Source: Fibrobacterota bacterium (lineage in GTDB: Bacteria; Fibrobacterota; Fibrobacteria; UBA11236). From it: a DNA stretch of 29,860 bases. A program made the position numbers and the translations under genes. How positions within the stretch are numbered: position 1 is the stretch's first letter; each line of letters opens with the position of its first letter. Shown piece after piece: positions 17,345-25,413 of the stretch. Under the pieces are notes generated by a model. It saw only the letters and a program-made list of their open reading frames with translations. It did no database searches and was not told the origin of the DNA. The stretch spans positions 1 through 29,860 of the forward strand of contig JAYUVP010000348.1 of the NCBI GenBank assembly GCA_043753995.1. Reading direction: 5' to 3'.

Positions 17345-18892
17345 TTAAATAGCGGTGTAGAAAGTCTCTCCGTCACGGCCGATGAGAAACAGAATGCGAT
17401 TGCCTTTCATGGCCCGCTTCAGCAAATCCTCGAATTGCAGGGGATCGGTAACACGAAGGCGATTCACTTCGAGTATAACATCCCCCTCGCGCAGCCTCCC
17501 GGTGGCGGCCCGGCTTCCGGATTCGATGTCGGTAATGACTACGCCGCGCTTGATGGAGGCTCCGAGGCGATAACGTTCGCGCATGAGTTGGGAGACCGGA
17601 GCGATGTCAATGCCCAATTTTTCGGCGCCTTGTCCGTCGGGTGTATTGTCATTCATGGTCGTGAGGCGCTTCTCGTCACGCTTGGCCACTTGCAATCGCA
17701 AAGTCATGTCCTTGCCGGAGCGTCGCAAGTCCATGACTATCCAGGTGCCTGGACTGACCATGGCGATGCGGTTGAGCAAATCGCTATGATCGCGCAGGGC
17801 CTTGCCATCCATGGACAGCAAGACGTCGCCACGCTTGAGCCCGGCCTTTTCCGCCGGGCTACCCTCAACCACCCCGCCCACCAGTGCCCCGCGACTTTCT
17901 TTGAGCCCCAAGGCCTCGGCTAATCCCGGGTCGATGGGCTGAATAGAAACGCCCAGCCAACCGCGCGTCACCTCGCCATCGCGAATCAGGTCTTCCATGA
18001 TTTTGCGGGCCATATTGATGGGGATGGCAAAGCCAATGCCCTGATAGCCGCCGCTCTTGGTGAAAATGGCGGTATTGATGCCGATAAGCTCGCCATCGAG
18101 ATTCATGAGGGCACCACCCGAATTACCCGGATTGATGGCCGCATCCGTTTGTAAAAAATTCTCATAGCTATTGATGCCGGTATTGCTGCGGCCTTTAGCC
18201 GAAATAATACCTGCCGTGACGGTTTGCGAAAGACCATAGGGATTGCCCACGGCCAAGATCCATTCGCCGATGCGCAGCTTATCGGAATTGCCCATGGGCA
18301 TGGCAGGAAAAGGCCCTTTGGCCTGAATTTTGAGCACGGCGACGTCGCTGGCTTGGTCGGCGCCGACCAATTTGGCCGACCACTCTTGATCATCACTAGT
18401 CGTGACACGAATAACATCGGCGCCGTCAATCACGTGATTATTGGTGAGCATAAAGCCGTCCTGGGAAATAATCACCCCGCTGCCCAGGCCACTTTCGCGA
18501 TGGCGATTGCCTGAAGCTCCGTCGCGACCTTTGGGAGTGAAAAACCAGTGAAAGGGCGAATTGCTTTCCGCCTCACTGTCGCTACCCTGGCCCATCGGCG
18601 CTTCTTTTTCACTGCGCACCGAGACGACGGCCGGTACAGCCTTTTCGGCCACATCGGCGAAGATTTGTTGAAAACCGGGAATGGACGCATAATGACCCGA
18701 GGCGACTTTTTCGCCCTTACCTAAGCCTTTAGAATTGGCGCTTATGTCTTCACTCGTCGCCCTCGGTTTGCCTTTCTCACTTTGGGCATATTGCGGCAAT
18801 TCCTGGGAGCGGCATCCGGACAAGAGCAGCATGGCCCCGACGAAAGCGACTTGGGCCAGAGCAAGGAAGTTCGGTTGAGCGGAACGAGGCAT
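17345..18892 (-). CDS. degP: Do/HtrA family serine endoprotease with two PDZ domains, probable lipoprotein
   Basis: Lipobox LLLSG-C, GLGSGVII, LTNNHV, SDVAVLK, TDAAINPGNSGG and two PDZ repeats. Confidence 0.93.
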   Translation of the reverse strand: MPRSAQPNFLALAQVAFVGAMLLLSGCRSQELPQYAQSEKGKPRATSEDISANSKGLGKGEKVASGHYASIPGFQQIFADVAEKAVPAVVSVRSEKEAPMGQGSDSEAESNSPFHWFFTPKGRDGASGNRHRESGLGSGVIISQDGFMLTNNHVIDGADVIRVTTSDDQEWSAKLVGADQASDVAVLKIQAKGPFPAMPMGNSDKLRIGEWILAVGNPYGLSQTVTAGIISAKGRSNTGINSYENFLQTDAAINPGNSGGALMNLDGELIGINTAIFTKSGGYQGIGFAIPINMARKIMEDLIRDGEVTRGWLGVSIQPIDPGLAEALGLKESRGALVGGVVEGSPAEKAGLKRGDVLLSMDGKALRDHSDLLNRIAMVSPGTWIVMDLRRSGKDMTLRLQVAKRDEKRLTTMNDNTPDGQGAEKLGIDIAPVSQLMRERYRLGASIKRGVVITDIESGSRAATGRLREGDVILEVNRLRVTDPLQFEDLLKRAMKGNRILFLIGRDGETFYTAI

Positions 18893-18996
18893 GTTTTCAA
18901 GATACCATAGCCCGGGACTTCCATGTCGGCCTATAACCAGGACCCTTTCGGTTACCCTTTTTCTTCCTAGCGTAATAGAGGTAATCTTGAGCGATT

Positions 18997-19914
18997 ATGA
19001 TTGCGATTTGCACCCATTGCCGCCGAGAATTGCCCCTGCTGGGCCATGCGGCGGGCGAAACTTTGATTTGTGCTTGCGGGCAAAATCTCACCGTGCCTGC
19101 GCCCCGGCCCTTTCATGCCGCGGTATGGCATTGCGGCTCCTGCGGCGCGGGGCTCGCGGTAGGCGCCAAGGAATGCGCCTATTGCAAAACGGGTTTACGT
19201 CCGCTCGACGGCAAGGCCTTCTGCGCGCGTTGCCTGGCTTATTTGGAAGTTGGCGCGCATTTCTGTTCGCATTGCGGGGCGCATGCTTCCAGCGCCGAAG
19301 CCATGCCCCAGGAAACGGCACATGCTTGCCCCCGTTGCGGTCAAGGCTCGGGCCATTTGGTTGGCGTGCCCGTGGGGCATCATCATGGCGAGGCTTGCCC
19401 GCGCTGCGAGGGCTTATGGCTTTCCCTGGCCGACTTTCAGCGAGTGGTCAGTGATTTTTCCGCGCCCGAGCGCCAAAGGCCTGCAGGGAGCGGCTTGAAC
19501 ACGCCTAGGTTACCGTCACCCGCAGGTTATGCTGCGGGGCAAGGCCGTGGCGGCTATGAAGCCAAGGTTCAGTATTTGCCCTGCCCGATTTGCGCCGTAC
19601 GCATGTCGCGCCAGAATTATCTCAAGGTCTCCGGCATTATACTCGACACCTGTCCGGAGCATGGCGTCTGGTTCGATTGCGACGAGCTGCGCCGCGTCGC
19701 CGATTTTTTGCAGGCCGGTGGGGTGACGCGAGCGCAGAAGGTGGAAAGCGCGGAAGCCGTCGCCGAAAAGCGACATGCCCAAGCCATGGGAAGGCTGGAG
19801 CGGGGCATGCCAAGTGAAAAGCCTTCCCTATGGCTGGGAGGCATCAATGAGGTCCCGTCCTATAGCGTGACGGAATTCATAGGCGACGTTTTCGACCAGC
19901 TCTTTAAGGGCTGA
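18997..19914 (+). CDS. Multi zinc-ribbon protein (double zinc ribbon plus two zf-TFIIB-like domains)
   Basis: Cys pairs CTHC/CAC, CGSC/CAYC, CARC/CSHC, CPRC/CPRCEGLWL and CPIC/CPEHGVWFD. Confidence 0.8.
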   Translation: MIAICTHCRRELPLLGHAAGETLICACGQNLTVPAPRPFHAAVWHCGSCGAGLAVGAKECAYCKTGLRPLDGKAFCARCLAYLEVGAHFCSHCGAHASSAEAMPQETAHACPRCGQGSGHLVGVPVGHHHGEACPRCEGLWLSLADFQRVVSDFSAPERQRPAGSGLNTPRLPSPAGYAAGQGRGGYEAKVQYLPCPICAVRMSRQNYLKVSGIILDTCPEHGVWFDCDELRRVADFLQAGGVTRAQKVESAEAVAEKRHAQAMGRLERGMPSEKPSLWLGGINEVPSYSVTEFIGDVFDQLFKG

Positions 19915-20536
19915 CCTTGGTTTGAATTGCAGGCATGCTCGTGGTCACCATTCCTTCGCCATTGGGTTGAATGCCCATGGAAACACCCCCCGAGACGATA
20001 TAGGCCATGATGCGCGCCGAGTCATTTTCGTTAAGGCGTTTCAGCTTTTCCCGGGGAACCAGCACGGTCATGCCCGAAAAGTTGTAAGCATGCGGCAAAT
20101 ACACGGCGCTATGGCCTGGCAAATCAATGAATTTCACTTCTTCCTGGGTCAGAAAGCCGAACATTTTAACCGTGGGCTCACTTCCGAACATGTCGACGAG
20201 CACCGGCACCTGAAAGCGTTTTTTCTCCCCCACGAAAGCGCCAATTAAATCCTTGATGGAGAAATAAATGAGCTTGACCAGGGGAAGTCGGGTCAGGCCT
20301 TTTTCCAAGCTGTCAAAAGTTTTGCGGAATAAAATATTGGTGCCAAGCGCACCGACCATCAAGGTCGCACCGAGGCAAATCAGGAACCCCAGGCCGGTTA
20401 CCGGCAAATCCAATAAACCATCTAAGGTGCGAAAGGCCCAAAGGCTCACAAACACCGTCACCGTCGCGGGCACGATGAAAATCAGGCCCTTGAGAAAGGT
20501 GGTGAATAGCCATTGCAGGGGATGAAATTCTTTCAA
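19904..20536 (-). CDS. DUF502 family membrane protein
   Basis: FLKGLIFIVPATVT, RLPLVKLIYFSIKDL, VYLP...SG and YIVSGG. Confidence 0.88.
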   Translation of the reverse strand: MKEFHPLQWLFTTFLKGLIFIVPATVTVFVSLWAFRTLDGLLDLPVTGLGFLICLGATLMVGALGTNILFRKTFDSLEKGLTRLPLVKLIYFSIKDLIGAFVGEKKRFQVPVLVDMFGSEPTVKMFGFLTQEEVKFIDLPGHSAVYLPHAYNFSGMTVLVPREKLKRLNENDSARIMAYIVSGGVSMGIQPNGEGMVTTSMPAIQTKVSP

Positions 20537-21216
20537 CTTCTCTCCTCAACGCCATGATCGGTGGCAATCAGCACCGTCGTCGCTTGGGTATAGGCACAAA
20601 ATAAGCCATGACCCACCACCCCGGGCAAGGCATTGATGGGCGCATCCAAACCCGCTACGTCCAGGCTGGCGGGAAAATAAGCGTCAAGTACCAAGTTGCC
20701 TTGATCGGTGACTATGGGTCCGTCCTTACCGGTTGCGGGTCGCACGGGAACCTGGGTGGCGCCCATGGCCAAAAGTGATTTTTGTACCGGCCTCCATGCA
20801 AATGGCAAAACCTCGACGGGCACAGGAAAGCGAACGCCCAATTGCGGGACGATTTTACTGCTGTCCACGATGGCCAGAAATTGGCGACTCATGGCCACCA
20901 AAATCTTTTCGCGCACCATGGCAGCGCCGCGACCCTTAATCAATCGTTTGCGTGGATCGACTTCATCCGCGCCATCGGCATAGATGTCCAAGGCTTCTAC
21001 CTGCTCCAATGGCAAAAGATTCAAGCCCAAATCGCGCGCCAAAATCGAAGTCGAAAAAGAACTGGAGACGCATTGCACCACCAGACCTTCTTCGCGCTGA
21101 CGTCGGGCGATTTCGACGATGAAATGATGTGCCGTAGATCCGGTGCCTAAACCCACGGTCATGCCGTTAGTCACCCTTTCGGCTGCTGCTTTTCCTACTT
21201 GCTGTTTTGCGTCCAT
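20533..21216 (-). CDS. rpiA: Ribose-5-phosphate isomerase A
   Basis: VGLGTGST, DGADEVD, IKGRGAAMVREK, VPVEVLP, VTDQGN and PGVVGHGLF. Confidence 0.96.
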   Translation of the reverse strand: MDAKQQVGKAAAERVTNGMTVGLGTGSTAHHFIVEIARRQREEGLVVQCVSSSFSTSILARDLGLNLLPLEQVEALDIYADGADEVDPRKRLIKGRGAAMVREKILVAMSRQFLAIVDSSKIVPQLGVRFPVPVEVLPFAWRPVQKSLLAMGATQVPVRPATGKDGPIVTDQGNLVLDAYFPASLDVAGLDAPINALPGVVGHGLFCAYTQATTVLIATDHGVEERS

Positions 21217-21288
21217 TGGTATGCAAGGTAGCCATACCCTTGATTTTTTTTTGATTCACCCCTTTGGGTTAAACTTTCTTCGAATCAC

Positions 21289-21316
21289 TTGACATTGTTA
21301 GCGCGGTGACTAGTTT
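21289..21316 (+). promoter_or_regulatory. Sigma70-type promoter TTGACA-N16-TAGTTT
   Basis: Perfect -35 at 21289-21294 and TAnnnT -10 at 21311-21316, with an AT-rich stretch upstream. Confidence 0.6.
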
Positions 21317-21320
21317 AAGT

Positions 21321-21415
21321 GTCCCTCGAGTGGTGTCCGTTGCGCGGGTTATACGGCCCATTCTTAAATGCCAGGGAGGCGCAAGCCTCCCTGGCCCCCG
21401 CTACTCTGGTTTTAT
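21321..21415 (+). ncRNA. Candidate structured RNA (sRNA or 5' leader), family unassigned
   Basis: Perfect 11-bp stem 21370-21380/21385-21395 with GCAA tetraloop; small stem 21346-21350/21355-21359; closing helix 21328-21335/21399-21406; lies directly behind the promoter. Confidence 0.4.
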
Positions 21416-21469
21416 CCTGCATTCGCTTCAAATTTCTAGAATCCCTCGGAAATAACAGGAGTCACCGGC

Positions 21470-22555
21470 ATGAATGAACGCTTTGGTACGACTGTTTTTT
21501 CACCCCGTTGGAGCTTCGGGCTTCTCCTGATTTTATTGGCGTGGAATGGGATTTTTGCCTGGGGAGAAACCGGACATCGCGGCATAGCGGCCTTGGCTGA
21601 AACTATGCTGACCGAAACCGCTCGCGGCGAAGTCAAACGCCTCTTGGGTGCAGGCGACGATTTGATATCGGTGGCAACTTGGGCCGATGAAATTCGCGGC
21701 GGTCGCCCGGAAACCGGGCCTTGGCACTATGTCATCTTGCAGGTGCGCGGCCCTCAAATCGAAATCCACCATGCCGATTCTCCCAATGTCGTGACGGAAT
21801 TGAGTCGGCAAATTCAGGCCTTGCAGGCCATGGGCAACGACAAGTCGCGCGCCGAAGCCCTGCGCTGGGTGGTGCACTTGATGGCTGATTTGCATCAGCC
21901 TTTGCATTGCGGGGAAGATCACGATCGCGGCGGCAATGACACCAAGGTGAGACTCGGACGGCGCAAGGTCGGCTTTCATCAGGCCTGGGATTATGCCTTG
22001 CTCGAAAAATCAGGCTTGGATGACGGCACTCTAGTCGGGCGCTTGGTCGACAGTGTCACGTCGCGGGAACGGTTGCATGTCGGTTACCTGAATGATCTCG
22101 CATCCGGCACCGTGGCTGCCTATGCGAAGGAAAGCCATGCTCTAGCGATAAAGGCCTATGCGCGTGGTGGACGACCCATTTTGGGCCGGGGCCGCGTGGT
22201 GGAGCTTAGCGCCGAAGATGTGTCCTGGTCGCAAAAAATCATTTTGGACCAATGGCTGAAAGCCGGTGTGCGCCTGGCGGCAACCCTCAATCGAGCTTTA
22301 GACTCAAAATCCCAAGGAGGGGGGCTGAAACTGCCCAGGGTTCGAACCAAACCGGCACCGTCCTTCGAGTCTCCAAAAGCAGAAACCTTGAGCTCAAGGT
22401 CGGGCCGCTATGGCTGGAGTGAAAAGTCCCAGGTTTATCATTTACGCGAATGCAAGGATTTGACCCGGATTTCCCCGGAGAATTTGCAATGGGGTAAAAC
22501 CCCACCTGCAGGGAAACACCTGCATCGGAATTGTGCCAAGGTTGAGGCCGACTGA
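21470..22555 (+). CDS. Secreted S1/P1 nuclease with a C-terminal His/Cys mini-domain
   Basis: Signal peptide, then WGETGH, WADEIR, WHY, HLMADLHQPLH, GGN and HQAWD zinc-ligand motifs; AGGAG SD. Confidence 0.92.
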   Translation: MNERFGTTVFSPRWSFGLLLILLAWNGIFAWGETGHRGIAALAETMLTETARGEVKRLLGAGDDLISVATWADEIRGGRPETGPWHYVILQVRGPQIEIHHADSPNVVTELSRQIQALQAMGNDKSRAEALRWVVHLMADLHQPLHCGEDHDRGGNDTKVRLGRRKVGFHQAWDYALLEKSGLDDGTLVGRLVDSVTSRERLHVGYLNDLASGTVAAYAKESHALAIKAYARGGRPILGRGRVVELSAEDVSWSQKIILDQWLKAGVRLAATLNRALDSKSQGGGLKLPRVRTKPAPSFESPKAETLSSRSGRYGWSEKSQVYHLRECKDLTRISPENLQWGKTPPAGKHLHRNCAKVEAD

Positions 22556-22623
22556 GAAGTTTTTGAGCTTTCGTTGACCTCGCCAATGTGGGCGCGAAGG
22601 CAGCCTCCACGTATAATCACTGG

Positions 22624-23754
22624 GTGACTTGCCTCCAGCCTCTATCCGACGCGAAAACCAAGGCCAAATCGGGCTTTTGGCATTTGGCCCTATTGATTCC
22701 AGCTTTGGCTTTTGGGATTTCCGGTTGCCAATGGCAGCGGAGTGCCGAAGCCGCTATTGGCGAAATGCGATGGAGGGAAACCTTGCCCGCCTTGCCTGTC
22801 CCTGCCCAAGACACCGGTGTATTACACCAAGATCCCAAGGCCTTCGGGATTTATCAATGGGATAAACAGCGTAGCTATGGAGAGGGTTTGAAAGAGGAAA
22901 TCGCCCACCTCGGCACGCCTCCCTCCTATACCCTTTATTTCGTCGACAAGTCCATGGGTTATCCCAAGGATATCGTTCGCTTCAATGCCGATCGCAATAT
23001 TCGCACTATCGTGACTCAAGAGCTCATGGAATACTCCCAAGGCTGGAATGCCGACATGCTGGATTCTATTAATGGCGGCCGCTGGGATGCATACTTTCGC
23101 AAATTCGCGCGCGCGGCCCGGTCGGCGGGAACCGTGGTTTATTATCGCTTCGGCTATGAAATGAATGGGGACTGGGTGGGCTGGGGCGAAAAACCCGAGG
23201 CTTTCCGACTCGCTTGGCGCCGGGCTTGGCGCATTTTCCAGGAAGAGAAAGCGCGCAATGTGAAATGGGTTTTCAGCCCCAATGTGATTTGGGGAGACCG
23301 CACCTTTGAGGCCGATATTTTGCCCTATTATCCGGGAGCGGCTTATGTCGATGTGGTCGGCCTGGATGGCTACAACTTCGGGGATGGGCATTCTCGCCAT
23401 CACAGTTGGAAAGGCTATGAAACCGTTTTCGGCGTAAGCCTGCGCGGCATGAAAGAGCATTTCAAGGGCAAGCCGGTATGGATTACCGAAATCGGCTGTG
23501 CCAATGGCGAAGGCAAGACGGCATGGATAGGCGACTTCCTGGCGAGCTTTAATAAAGATCCGGATTTGCGGGTTTTCATTTGGTTCAATGAAGACAAGCA
23601 ATATGCGGGCGAGCCCAATTGGCGCCTCGATAGCGAGCCCGAATCCTTGGAGACCTTTCGGGATTGGGCCATTCGCAATAATTCGATCACCACTTTCGCC
23701 CTACCTGCCGAACAGGAATTGCCTCACTGGGAGGCACGGTCCGAAGGCATTTAG
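22624..23754 (+). CDS. Glycoside hydrolase family 26 (mannanase/lichenase-like), probable lipoprotein
   Basis: RFGYEMNGDW (acid/base Glu), YYPG..YVDVVGLDGYN and KPVWITEIG (nucleophile); lipobox ISG-C. GTG 22624 lies 6 nt after TATAAT; the ORF track starts at 22588. Confidence 0.87.
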   Translation: MTCLQPLSDAKTKAKSGFWHLALLIPALAFGISGCQWQRSAEAAIGEMRWRETLPALPVPAQDTGVLHQDPKAFGIYQWDKQRSYGEGLKEEIAHLGTPPSYTLYFVDKSMGYPKDIVRFNADRNIRTIVTQELMEYSQGWNADMLDSINGGRWDAYFRKFARAARSAGTVVYYRFGYEMNGDWVGWGEKPEAFRLAWRRAWRIFQEEKARNVKWVFSPNVIWGDRTFEADILPYYPGAAYVDVVGLDGYNFGDGHSRHHSWKGYETVFGVSLRGMKEHFKGKPVWITEIGCANGEGKTAWIGDFLASFNKDPDLRVFIWFNEDKQYAGEPNWRLDSEPESLETFRDWAIRNNSITTFALPAEQELPHWEARSEGI

Positions 23755-23776
23755 GGGCGCGGTTTTGAGACCGGCT

Positions 23777-25381
23777 CTAACCTTGGTGGCTGGGTCGTAA
23801 TAAATCCGAAATGGTTTTCACGGGATTGAAAAGCGACACGGGGATTTCGACGAAAACCGTGAGCCAATGCGCCATGCTGCCATTCCATAATCCCGGGCGC
23901 TCCAGCACCTTTAAGGGTTTGCCGTCCTTGGCTTTTTCCGTGAGAAACCAAGCTTTGCTGTCGGAATAGTCTGCGAGGTGATAAGGCGCGCCGCGATGAT
24001 CGCGTAGGCCGCAAACAAAATCGACGGGGTTGAAATGCGTGGCGGATTGCAAAATGCTTTTTTGCCCGGCATCGCCCTGGCGCACTTGGGCGGCTTCCAC
24101 GATTTGCGGACGCATTTGACCCTCGGCGTCGCGCACCCAAAAAGGGCCGCCGCCGGGTTCGCCTTGGTTGCGCACCATGCCGCAAACGCGCATGGGCCGA
24201 TACAATTGCTTGAGGCAAAACTGCGCTCGTATGTCCTCATCGCCTTTGCGCACTGCCTCAGGCGTCGCCAAGCCGAAACGCTCGGAAAGCCAACGTAACC
24301 CGTCGGTGACGGCCTTGCCCCGGTTTTCGCTTTCGAGCCTCCGCAAAATATCGTGGGCCTCGCCTTGCCATTCCAGAAGTAAGCCCGCCATGGCCATGCG
24401 CCAGGGCAAGCCTTCTTCCAGGGCTTCGGCGCGCACCACATTGTCGATATTCTTCACGAAGACCAGACTGCCGCCCACGCCTTCGAGATTGCCCAGCAAG
24501 GCGCCATGGCCGCCGGGCCGAAGGGCGGGCTGGCCTTTTTCGCGCACCACGCTTTCGCCCGACAAGGATAAGGTGCGCGTGGCGCCGGATTGCACTGAGA
24601 ATTCCGCCTGCAAGCGATGTTGGCCTTTTGCCAATTCCCCGGCGGCGCGATCGCATGCCGCTTGCATGAGGTCGAGATGTTCCGGAGACACAGTGAAATG
24701 CACGCGACAAAGTCCGTTTTCGTCTTCGACCAAGGCCGCGCTTTCACGGGCCTGTTCGTCTAGCGCCGTAGCAATGCCTTGCGATTCGGCATGAAAAGGA
24801 ATCAAAGCCTTGGGCAATTCGGCGAGCCCTAGGCCAGGCTTGCCGAGCAAGGCATCAATGACCGCTTTTGGCCCCAAGCGCTCCAAGGCTTCGGAGAGGT
24901 TGTCCGATCCCAAATGTAAGGCCTGTCGCAAGGGTTCTTGAAAGGGGTAGCGATCGAGTTGGGTCAAGATGGCGAGACAGGCTTTCGCCTCGGCTTGCGT
25001 TTCAGCACGCTCGCGTAATTCCGACACGGAAGGCGCATCGGGCAAATGGCGATACCAATCCAAGGCGGCAAAGAGGCGGCTGGCCGCGCCAGAGGCTGGC
25101 ACAAAGCGATGCGCGCCGTGGCGGCGAACTTGTTCGCGATAATGTGACGATAAGCGATTTTTGTCGCTGCTATTGAGGATGAGGATGCCGTCTCCCGGCG
25201 TGCATGGCTTTTCCAAGATCACGGACAAATGGCTTTGACCCAAACAATCGGCTTGAATCAGCAAATCGGGGAGGGAAAGGCCTTGGTCCTGAATTAAATA
25301 AGCCAGGTCGACATCATTCAACCCGATGGCTTGCAGGCGTTGGCGTTCTTGTTCGCTGAGAGACGAGGATAAAAAGGGCAT
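23777..25381 (-). CDS. DUF4301 family protein (nucleotidyltransferase-like fold)
   Basis: FVPASGAASRLF, RPGGHGALL, FVKNIDNV, RVCGMVRNQGEPGGGPFWV, THFNPVD, PGLWNGSMA and FNPVKTISDLL. Confidence 0.9.
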   Translation of the reverse strand: MPFLSSSLSEQERQRLQAIGLNDVDLAYLIQDQGLSLPDLLIQADCLGQSHLSVILEKPCTPGDGILILNSSDKNRLSSHYREQVRRHGAHRFVPASGAASRLFAALDWYRHLPDAPSVSELRERAETQAEAKACLAILTQLDRYPFQEPLRQALHLGSDNLSEALERLGPKAVIDALLGKPGLGLAELPKALIPFHAESQGIATALDEQARESAALVEDENGLCRVHFTVSPEHLDLMQAACDRAAGELAKGQHRLQAEFSVQSGATRTLSLSGESVVREKGQPALRPGGHGALLGNLEGVGGSLVFVKNIDNVVRAEALEEGLPWRMAMAGLLLEWQGEAHDILRRLESENRGKAVTDGLRWLSERFGLATPEAVRKGDEDIRAQFCLKQLYRPMRVCGMVRNQGEPGGGPFWVRDAEGQMRPQIVEAAQVRQGDAGQKSILQSATHFNPVDFVCGLRDHRGAPYHLADYSDSKAWFLTEKAKDGKPLKVLERPGLWNGSMAHWLTVFVEIPVSLFNPVKTISDLLRPSHQG

Positions 25382-25413
25382 TGCGGGAAAATATCAAAGT
25401 TTCACAACTTCCC

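Noticed and set aside
17267..17923. Long antisense ORFs (this one, 22822-23601, 24168-24794 and similar)
   Set aside because: Shadow frames opposite well-supported genes, expected in GC-rich DNA.
21321..21415. Assignment as c-di-GMP-I riboswitch, 6S RNA, SRP RNA, tRNA or simple terminator
   Set aside because: It lacks the GGCAAA/GAAA-receptor architecture, the long 6S rod, the SRP helix-8 motif and a cloverleaf, and no U-tract directly follows the 11-bp stem.
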